Assembly: GCA_046861655.1 (NCBI GenBank)
Contig: JBHIAI010000010.1
Location: 1-25,699 of the forward strand
Length of the DNA: 25,699 nt
Origin: Fidelibacterota bacterium
GTDB lineage: Bacteria; Fidelibacterota; Marinisomatia; Marinisomatales; S15-B10
Reading direction: 5' to 3'
The position numbers and the translations under genes were made by a program. This document shows, one piece after another, positions 8,768-16,015 of the stretch. Positions within the stretch are counted from its first letter, which is position 1. The number at the start of each line of letters is the position of its first letter. The notes under the pieces were generated by a model. The model was not told the origin of the DNA. It saw only the letters and a program-made list of their open reading frames with translations, and did no database searches.

Positions 8768-9988
8768 CTAAGAATACGTGCCGAGTTCCTCCGCTAGCGG
8801 GGTGAGGAGTTCCAACTTCTCAGGGGGAGTATGGGGAGCGACGGAGCAAGCCGAACTCAGGATATAGCCGCCTTCGGGCTTGCCCACGGCCAGGCGCCAC
8901 TTCACGTCCTCAACGATGGAATCACGGTCACCGTTAAGAAGGGTATTGACGGGATCGATGTTTCCTTTGATGAAAACCTTTCCCGCCAGGGTCTTCTTCG
9001 CTTCCTTCAGATCCACCGTTCCCAGGGGTGGGGGATCGAGAGTGTCGATGCCGTCCGTTCCGGTATCCAGCATCAGGTCAAGGCGGTCACCGATACTGCC
9101 GCACGTGTGAGTGTACACCGGAACGGAATAGTCCTTCCTGATTCCTTCTATTACCTTCTTTTCGTAGGGGAGAACGAATTCGGTGTAATGGTCCCGGGAG
9201 ATGAGCCCTCCACCGGCAAAGGCGGAAGAGATGAGAACCGCGTCCACCCCGCATTCCGCCTGCCGCTTTCCCAGATCGATCGCCCCTTCAGCCAGGCGGT
9301 CAAGACAGGCCTTTGCCTTACCGGGATCATCGAGAATACCCATGAGCGCATTTTCGTAGTTGAGGAGTTCCAGGAACTGGGACCACGGTGAAAACACCTC
9401 GGAATGGACCGAGACGTCGTCCCCCACCGCTGATCTTACCCGTCTTATGGTATCAAAATGATGTTCAGGGAAAAAGCTGTCAAACGGGGGCGGTTCGGAC
9501 TCAAATCCCCAGGTGTAAGGGTACGTGATATCGGTAAGGTCCCACGGTTCCACATAGAAAAGTTCTTCCGGCTGCAAGTCCTGGAACGTGGGGAAGTACC
9601 GGGAACCGTCCGCCATGTAATAATGGGGATTATCGTCGTCCGGGAATACGGTATAGTCTCCGTTCTTCCAACGGATGATGCGTTCCCCTTCTGCCGTTTC
9701 GATTGTTTGCACATAATCCTCGTAGTTTGGATCTCGCCCGGGAAGATTCACCAGGATTCCATCGAATCGGTACCGTTCCCTCATACCCGTGAGCGCTTCG
9801 ACGAATCCGTCTGTGGTATACCATACCCTCAGAGGATCGATGCCCGAAAAGAGGAAATAGTGACCCAGGGACAGCTGGCACATGACGGGAACCCGGTCCG
9901 GCCTGTGGAGGGCCATGGCCGTTCTTATCCGCGTTCTCGAATTCATGGGCGCAAAAGGACGAATATAGGGTCCGTCCCGTAATCGCAC
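8768..9988 (-). CDS. Uroporphyrinogen decarboxylase-fold (MtaA/CmuA-like) corrinoid-dependent methyltransferase
   Basis: N-terminal R..AM...PDRVPV, His-X-Cys (HTCG, 9098-9109), KGNIDPV and GGYILSSAC with the distal Cys. It lacks the RQAGR motif of true HemE. The start may be ATG at 9946 rather than GTG at 9988. Confidence 0.85.
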   Translation of the reverse strand: MRLRDGPYIRPFAPMNSRTRIRTAMALHRPDRVPVMCQLSLGHYFLFSGIDPLRVWYTTDGFVEALTGMRERYRFDGILVNLPGRDPNYEDYVQTIETAEGERIIRWKNGDYTVFPDDDNPHYYMADGSRYFPTFQDLQPEELFYVEPWDLTDITYPYTWGFESEPPPFDSFFPEHHFDTIRRVRSAVGDDVSVHSEVFSPWSQFLELLNYENALMGILDDPGKAKACLDRLAEGAIDLGKRQAECGVDAVLISSAFAGGGLISRDHYTEFVLPYEKKVIEGIRKDYSVPVYTHTCGSIGDRLDLMLDTGTDGIDTLDPPPLGTVDLKEAKKTLAGKVFIKGNIDPVNTLLNGDRDSIVEDVKWRLAVGKPEGGYILSSACSVAPHTPPEKLELLTPLAEELGTYS

Positions 9989-10000
9989 AAGGCGTTTCCA

Positions 10001-11299
10001 CTATCCACGGCTGTCGGTGCTAGGGGCGGGCTTTTCCCAGTCGCACAAATGGAAGATGTCCGGGATGGTTTCCCGGCGCCGGATCACCCGGGCCTCGCCA
10101 TCCACCAGGAGTACTTCCGCTGGTCTGGGCCTGGTATTGTACTGGCTGGCCATGGAGAATCCGTATGCCCCCGAGTCCATGATGGCCACCAGGTCCCCCT
10201 CCTCAACTTCCGGGAACGGCCGGTCCTGGGCAAGCCTGTCGGTGTTTTCGCAGATCTCTCCGGTGAAATCCACCGTTTCCACGGGGGAGGCATAAGGGTC
10301 ACCCACCTTCAAGATCCGGTGGTACGTGCGGTACAGGGCCGGCCGCAGGAGAACATTCATCCCTGCATCCAGACCCACGAAGTTCTTGTAGGCGTTCTTC
10401 TTTCCCGTGACCCGGGCCCGGAGAAACCCTGCGTCTCCGATCAGGAACTTGCCCGGTTCAACGATCAGGGAGGGAATTCCGTTGTCGTCTTCGTCGTAGA
10501 ACTTGCGGAAAACGGTGGAAAGGAGGGGAAACAATTCGCCAGGTGCCAGGGGCCTGTCCTCTTCCCGGTAGGGGATACCGAACCCTCCTCCCATGCTCAC
10601 AAAGCCAAAGGGGGAAGACAGGCTCGACTCCAGCGATTTGACCACTTCCAGGATTGTGGTCAGGAGGTGAACGAAGTACTCAGGTTCGAGGATTCCGGAT
10701 CCTGTCATACACTGAAGTCCAAAACGGTGGATACCGTCTTCCGCCGCCTGCCTGTAGACGGACTCGATCTTTTCCAGAGGCACCCCGAATTTTGCGTCCC
10801 TGCCGGCCGTTACGATCCCGGGAAATTCCCCCTTTCCGAAACCGGGATTCAGACGAAAAGATATCTCTGGCGGCAGGCCAATTCTCCTCAGGCGTTCGTA
10901 GGAAGTCGCGTCGTCAAGATTCAGGTGGACTCCCGAATCGAGGGCGAGCCTGAGCTCCCGTTCGCTTTCGTAGTTCCCCGTGTAAAGACAGGACTCCGGG
11001 GGAATCCCCACCTCCTGAGCCAGATAGAGTTCCCCCGGCGATGAACAGTCCGCGCCCAGGGTGGGAACGGCCGATCTCATTTCAGCTATGAGATGGGGAT
11101 TCGTGTTGGCCTTCAGAGCATAGCAGATGGTGTAGTTCTTGAAGGATTCTGAGAGAGCCCGGTCGAGCCGGATCACGTTGTCCCTCAACCGGTTCCTGTC
11201 GTAAACGTACAGGGGAGTTGAATGAGTCTCCGCCAGGGATTCCAGAAGGTCCTTATTCATAATAAGATGGCCCAAAGGGTGGGTGAGTGCGTCTGCCAT
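10001..11299 (-). CDS. lysA: Diaminopimelate decarboxylase
   Basis: TPLYVYD, the PLP lysine in YALKAN, KFG, GGGFG, EPG, CENTD and GAYGFSMASQYNTRPRPAEV. Confidence 0.88.
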   Translation of the reverse strand: MADALTHPLGHLIMNKDLLESLAETHSTPLYVYDRNRLRDNVIRLDRALSESFKNYTICYALKANTNPHLIAEMRSAVPTLGADCSSPGELYLAQEVGIPPESCLYTGNYESERELRLALDSGVHLNLDDATSYERLRRIGLPPEISFRLNPGFGKGEFPGIVTAGRDAKFGVPLEKIESVYRQAAEDGIHRFGLQCMTGSGILEPEYFVHLLTTILEVVKSLESSLSSPFGFVSMGGGFGIPYREEDRPLAPGELFPLLSTVFRKFYDEDDNGIPSLIVEPGKFLIGDAGFLRARVTGKKNAYKNFVGLDAGMNVLLRPALYRTYHRILKVGDPYASPVETVDFTGEICENTDRLAQDRPFPEVEEGDLVAIMDSGAYGFSMASQYNTRPRPAEVLLVDGEARVIRRRETIPDIFHLCDWEKPAPSTDSRG

Positions 11300-11349
11300 T
11301 TCTGGATTACGGAGTTCTGGGGAGAATGCCGGTCAGCGAAAGGACCGAA

Positions 11350-12630
11350 TCATTCCCCTATGTTCGCGATCTTGCGCTCTTCGGCTGTCAAATCGAATAC
11401 GGTCCTGAATAGATTCTCATCGAGCTCGGTGAATTCAACATCCCTCCTGGCCATGACCTTCCCGGCAACTTCGAAGGCCCTGTCCATCTTGTAGGTGGTG
11501 AAAACCCCGTCCGTTGTGCCCCACGAAAAAGAAGGAACAAACTTGGGAGGCTGACCCGGCCCAAACACGTTACAGCACACGCCCACCACCGTCCCGGTGT
11601 TGAACATCTGATTGATTCCGCTCTTCGAGTGGTCCCCCATGAATAGGCCTACAAACATGGATCCCGTATCCGTCAGTTTCCCGTTGACGAAAACCTTGAC
11701 TGGACCATAGTTGTTCTTCAAGTCGCTGTTGTTTGTGCCGGCCCCGATATTTACCCAGCTTCCCAGGTATGCATGTCCGATGAATCCGTCATGCTGCTTG
11801 TTGGAATAGGAATCGATGATGGATTCTTCCACTTCTCCTCCTACTTTGCATACCTTGCCGATCGTTGTGTTTTCGTAGATCTTCGCGCCCACTTTGATCA
11901 GGCTGTCATCGCCCATGGAGACGGGACCTTCGATGACGGAATTGGGAAGGATTCTTGAGTTGTTTCCAACATAGATGGGCCCATTCTCGGCATCCAGGAC
12001 AACGCCCGGTCCTATCTTCGCGCCCCGGGAGATGTGAATGTGATCAGGATTCAGAAGGTGAGCCGATTCAGAAAGCTCTCCCTGCGACTGCGGACTTCCG
12101 CTGGTGAGGACATCAAAATCGGCCACAATCTGTTCGCCATTGCGGTTCACGAGATCCCACGGATAGGTCACCAGGGGAACATCGGCGGTTCTGTTTTCAA
12201 GGTGTGAGAAGTCAGAAAAAGAAAGGACGTTGCTCTTGAACCGATCGCCAATCTTCTTGAGATTCTCACCGGAAAGCCAGGCCGCTACAGGCGTACGCCC
12301 GCTCATATAGACACAGTCTTTCCCGTCATATTCGAATCTCTCGCCGAAGTCACCATGGGCCACAACTCTCCCATTCAGGAACAGAACTGTCCGGGCATCT
12401 GATGGGACCCTGTTCACAGAGTAATCCGGGTGTTCCCGTTTTGTGACCTCCAAAAGGTAATCGCGGACATGGAGAATGACGGATGCGTCCGGGAAACTTC
12501 CGGTCAATTTTTCCCTGAGCGTCCTGATACCGCATGTGAGATTGTACACGGGTCTGAGATGAACCAGGGGCTGGAGGGATCCGAATTGGTCGTCTTCAAA
12601 AACGCAGATGTGCAAGGTTTCTTCCCTCAT
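11350..12630 (-). CDS. GlmU-related putative sugar nucleotidyltransferase/acetyltransferase (NTP_transf_4-type N-terminus plus hexapeptide repeats)
   Basis: FED...PL..LRPVYNLTCGIRTLREK N-terminus, YPWDL, a left-handed beta-helix region, and KVGGEVEESII..SNKQHDGFIGHAYLGSWVNIGAGTNNSDLKNNY. ATG at 12630 overlaps the nagB stop (ATGA), so it is preferred over the ORF-track start at 12726. Confidence 0.85.
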   Translation of the reverse strand: MREETLHICVFEDDQFGSLQPLVHLRPVYNLTCGIRTLREKLTGSFPDASVILHVRDYLLEVTKREHPDYSVNRVPSDARTVLFLNGRVVAHGDFGERFEYDGKDCVYMSGRTPVAAWLSGENLKKIGDRFKSNVLSFSDFSHLENRTADVPLVTYPWDLVNRNGEQIVADFDVLTSGSPQSQGELSESAHLLNPDHIHISRGAKIGPGVVLDAENGPIYVGNNSRILPNSVIEGPVSMGDDSLIKVGAKIYENTTIGKVCKVGGEVEESIIDSYSNKQHDGFIGHAYLGSWVNIGAGTNNSDLKNNYGPVKVFVNGKLTDTGSMFVGLFMGDHSKSGINQMFNTGTVVGVCCNVFGPGQPPKFVPSFSWGTTDGVFTTYKMDRAFEVAGKVMARRDVEFTELDENLFRTVFDLTAEERKIANIGE

Positions 12631-13409
12631 CCGTAGTAGGCGAACTTTCCTGTCAGTTCTGTCGCCGCCTCCTTGTCGATGATGACTATGGCTTTTCTGT
12701 GCATCTGCAGCATCGAGGCCGGGCACATGGCGGTGATGGGTCCTTCGACAGAGAACTCCACGGCCTCGGCCTTTTCTTTTCCGCTGGCAAGGAGGATCAC
12801 CTCTCTCGCGTCCATGATGGTCCCGATTCCCATGGTTATGGCATACCTGGGGACTTCCTCTATGGAGTCAAAAAACCTTGAATTATCCTGTCTCGTTTTC
12901 TCCGTCAACGTCTTAATCCGTGTTCGTGAACCGAGAGAAGACCCGGGCTCGTTGAAGGCGATATGTCCGTTTGAGCCAATCCCGAGAATCTGCAGGTCCA
13001 GGCCCCCCAGCCTCCAGATCTCCTCCTCGTACCACTTGCAGTAAGTCTCTATCATTGGATCGGTCCCGGCTGAATCGATCGCGGCGTCTACAAACATGCC
13101 CTGTGGGATATGCACGTTGGCGGGATTGACGTTAATATGGTCGAAAAGATTCTTCCACATAAAATAATGGTAGCTCTGATCATGATCGGGCCTTAGACCT
13201 ACATACTCGTCCAGGTTGAAAGTGATGACCTGTGAGAAGTCCAGTCCCTCGTCGTTATGGAGTCTCACAAGCTCTTCATAGAGTCCAAGAGGCGTACTTC
13301 CGGTGGCAAGGCCCAGCACAAGGTTCGGTTTCTTCCGGAGTCGGTCTACCACGATACGGGCCGCCTCTTTGGACATGGTTTCGAAATCATCTTTAACGAT
13401 TACTAACAC
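12627..13409 (-). CDS. nagB: Glucosamine-6-phosphate deaminase
   Basis: GLATGSTP, FNLDEYVGL, GIGSNGHIAFNEPG, AITMGIGTI and PASMLQMH. GGAGG lies 7 nt before the GTG start. Confidence 0.96.
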   Translation of the reverse strand: MLVIVKDDFETMSKEAARIVVDRLRKKPNLVLGLATGSTPLGLYEELVRLHNDEGLDFSQVITFNLDEYVGLRPDHDQSYHYFMWKNLFDHINVNPANVHIPQGMFVDAAIDSAGTDPMIETYCKWYEEEIWRLGGLDLQILGIGSNGHIAFNEPGSSLGSRTRIKTLTEKTRQDNSRFFDSIEEVPRYAITMGIGTIMDAREVILLASGKEKAEAVEFSVEGPITAMCPASMLQMHRKAIVIIDKEAATELTGKFAYYG

Positions 13410-13416
13410 TGCTATT

Positions 13417-13421
13417 CCTCC
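13417..13421 (-). promoter_or_regulatory. Shine-Dalgarno site of nagB
   Basis: GGAGG on the minus strand, 7 nt upstream of GTG at 13409. Confidence 0.8.
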
Positions 13422-13429
13422 CGCGTTGA

Positions 13430-13459
13430 GTTATATTAAACCCTTGTTATCCTCGACAA
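13430..13459 (-). promoter_or_regulatory. Putative sigma70 promoter of the nagB-led operon
   Basis: Minus strand TTGTCG (13459-13454), 18-nt spacer, TATAAC (13435-13430), within an AT-rich divergent intergenic region. Confidence 0.45.
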
Positions 13460-13574
13460 GAATACGGCAAATGGAATAGACATTCCACAGTTTTTGAGAC
13501 GGTAGTTTAGGTTGCGAAGTTACGGGGATCTAAAGCAGATTCAACGGGAGCGTCCCAGCAGGAATAATGTCAGG

Positions 13575-14792
13575 ATGAACCTGAGGCAAGTATTTCTGTC
13601 TGTCCTTGTTCTTGGTCTGTCTTTAACTTGTGCCCAAACGGGTCGTCCCGTGCTCACAGGACTCGATAATCTTCTGGAAAACCGGTCGTCCACACTGTCA
13701 GGCAAGAGGATCGGCATCGTCACCAATCAGACAGGGGTAGACCGAACGGGAATCCCGATCTGGGAAAAGATTGATGCGACGGCTCTTTTCTCCCCCGAGC
13801 ATGGCCTTTTTGGAGAAGTGTCGGACGGGGAGGCCGTTTCTTATGATGGGAGGAGGGGGGGGATGCCGAGGATCCACAGCCTTTACGGCAAGACCCGAAA
13901 GCCCACAGCCGAAATGCTGGAGGATATCGATCTGGTCCTCTACGATATCATGGACATAGGTGTCCGCACCTACACCTTTATTTCCACCATGGGACTGGTC
14001 ATGGAAGCGGCGGGGGAGGCGGACATCCCCGTATGGATTCTGGACAGACCCAACCCCATAACGGGCGCGCATGTGGGAGGCCCCTCCCTTCATCCTGAGT
14101 ACAGGTCCTTCGTGGGTTACTATCCCATCCCCCTTCAGTACGGATTGACACCCGGCGAACTGGCACAAATGATCGTCGGTGAAGGATGGATTGAGTTTAA
14201 ACCAGACCTTGAAGTCATACCCCTAGTATCCTGGTCCAGAGATAAATGGTACGATGAAACAGGTCTTTCCTGGGTCCCGCCCTCGCCGAATATTCCCGAT
14301 CTCGAAACGGCCATCGTTTACCCGGGGCTGGTTTTGGTGGAAGCGACCAATGTTTCGGAAGGGAGGGGTACGGATCATCCGTTCCTGTGGGTGGGGGCGC
14401 CGTGGATTGACGGCGAACTCCTATCGCGAGAAATGAATACTCTGCATCTTCCCGGTGTCAGCTTCCAGGCCGTGGAGTTTACCCCAAGACATATGCCTGG
14501 AATCGCCACCCACCCGAAGTACGAGGGGTTCAGGTGTCAGGGGATTGAGACCAAGGTTACGGACAGGGACTCCTTTGGGAGTGTGAAAACGGGCCTTGCC
14601 CTGCTTGTGACCCTCAACAGGCTGTATCCCCTTAAATTTGAGGTCAGGAAGAAAAGAATGAACCGCCTTGCGGGAACCGATCTGGTGATCCGGGCTCTTC
14701 AGAACGGGTGGTCGGTCTCGGAGATCTATTCGAGGTACGCCCAGGACATCGAGACCTTCAGAGCGGTGTCGAAAAGGTATCTCATCTACTGA
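13575..14792 (+). CDS. namZ: Exo-beta-N-acetylmuramidase NamZ family (DUF1343, GH171)
   Basis: GKRIGIVTNQTG, LFSPEHG, SLYG, DIMDIGVRTYTFISTM, LDRPNP, WVPPSPNIP and SEGRGTDHPF. A signal peptide follows ATG at 13575, which is preferred over TTG at 13512. Confidence 0.92.
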   Translation: MNLRQVFLSVLVLGLSLTCAQTGRPVLTGLDNLLENRSSTLSGKRIGIVTNQTGVDRTGIPIWEKIDATALFSPEHGLFGEVSDGEAVSYDGRRGGMPRIHSLYGKTRKPTAEMLEDIDLVLYDIMDIGVRTYTFISTMGLVMEAAGEADIPVWILDRPNPITGAHVGGPSLHPEYRSFVGYYPIPLQYGLTPGELAQMIVGEGWIEFKPDLEVIPLVSWSRDKWYDETGLSWVPPSPNIPDLETAIVYPGLVLVEATNVSEGRGTDHPFLWVGAPWIDGELLSREMNTLHLPGVSFQAVEFTPRHMPGIATHPKYEGFRCQGIETKVTDRDSFGSVKTGLALLVTLNRLYPLKFEVRKKRMNRLAGTDLVIRALQNGWSVSEIYSRYAQDIETFRAVSKRYLIY

Positions 14793-14799
14793 CGGAACC

Positions 14800-16002
14800 G
14801 TGGCGATCCAGCACCATCCGGCAGCCCCCCCGGCGTACGGAAGATTGCTCTCCCTGGACGCGTTCAGGGGGATGACCATTGCCACCATGATTCTGGTGAA
14901 CACCCCGGGCAGCTGGAGCCATGTGTACGGGCCCCTCCGCCACGCCCCCTGGCATGGGTGGACGCCCACAGACCTGGTTTTCCCGTTTTTTCTGTTTATC
15001 GTGGGTGTGGCTATGTCCTTCTCCTTCTCCAGGCACCTGTCGCAGGGCATGCCGGTGAAAGATCTTCGAGTCAAACTGGTGCGGCGAGCATTGATCATCT
15101 TCGGCCTGGGGATTTTCTTGGCTGGTTATCCCTTCAATATTCCGTTCAACGGTCAGGAGCTGAAAACCTCCTTTCACATGGTCGACATTCTCAAACGCTT
15201 CGAAACGATCCGCGTCATGGGTGTTCTCCAGCGAATCGCTGTTTGCTACCTGCTGGCCGGCTTCACAGTCACGGCTACCGGCAGGAGGGGTCGCTTAATG
15301 ACCACCATCGGTCTTCTGGCGGGGTACTGGCTGTTGATGGTCCTGGTACCCGTACCGGGATTCGGCAGGGGAGATCTCAGCCTTGAGGGAAACCTGGCCA
15401 GGTACATCGACCTTGCCCTTCTCAGGGCAAACCATATGTACAGCCTGGGTGGCGTTCCTTTCGACCCCGAGGGACTTTTGAGTACGCTCCCAGCCACGGC
15501 CACCACCCTGCTGGGGGTATTCGTGGGGGATTACCTTCGCCAGTCCGGCGATCTCCGTAGAAAGGCCGCCACGCTACTGGTGGCGGGGATGGTAGGGATC
15601 GCCGCCGGAAAGGTTCTGAGCTACGGGTTTCCCATCAATAAGCAGATCTGGACGTCTTCGTATGTGGTGTTTACCGCAGGCTGGGCCACCCTTATCCTTG
15701 GGATCATGTTCTGGATCGTCGAGGTGAAAGGTCTCAAAAAAGTGGTTCAACCCTTTATCGTTTTCGGCAGCAATTCCATATTCGTCTTCGTAGCCTCCGG
15801 CCTGGTTGTGAAAACCATCGTTCGGATAACTGTCACCTACGAAAACCAGGATTTGACGTTCTACACCCTGCTCTACAAATCCATATTCGTCCCCCTTGCC
15901 GGTAGTCTGAACGGTTCGCTTCTGTTTGCCGTCACGTGGATCTGCGTATGGCTCGGGATTCTCTGGATCCTGTACTGGAGAAGAATATTCATCAAGATCT
16001 AA
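14800..16002 (+). CDS. nagX: NagX-like/heparan-alpha-glucosaminide N-acetyltransferase (HGSNAT)-family membrane protein
   Basis: RLLSLDAFRG, HAPWHGWTPTDLVFPFFLFIVG, GVLQRIA, DPEGLLSTLPA, PINKQIWTSSY and multiple TM segments. Confidence 0.88.
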   Translation: MAIQHHPAAPPAYGRLLSLDAFRGMTIATMILVNTPGSWSHVYGPLRHAPWHGWTPTDLVFPFFLFIVGVAMSFSFSRHLSQGMPVKDLRVKLVRRALIIFGLGIFLAGYPFNIPFNGQELKTSFHMVDILKRFETIRVMGVLQRIAVCYLLAGFTVTATGRRGRLMTTIGLLAGYWLLMVLVPVPGFGRGDLSLEGNLARYIDLALLRANHMYSLGGVPFDPEGLLSTLPATATTLLGVFVGDYLRQSGDLRRKAATLLVAGMVGIAAGKVLSYGFPINKQIWTSSYVVFTAGWATLILGIMFWIVEVKGLKKVVQPFIVFGSNSIFVFVASGLVVKTIVRITVTYENQDLTFYTLLYKSIFVPLAGSLNGSLLFAVTWICVWLGILWILYWRRIFIKI

Positions 16003-16015
16003 GAGGAAGTTCATC

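Noticed and set aside
8768..9988. Annotation as hemE (heme biosynthesis)
   Set aside because: It has no RQAGR motif, it carries HxC...C Zn ligands, and its neighbours are corrinoid methyltransferase components.
11330..11347. Hairpin CGGTC-N8-GACCG between the GlmU-like gene and lysA as a terminator
   Set aside because: The stem is only 5 bp and has no U-tract on the transcribed strand.
8593..13862. Shorter homopolymers (C8 at 8593-8600, G8 at 13855-13862)
   Set aside because: They encode Gly runs in intact frames and are too short to argue for phase variation.
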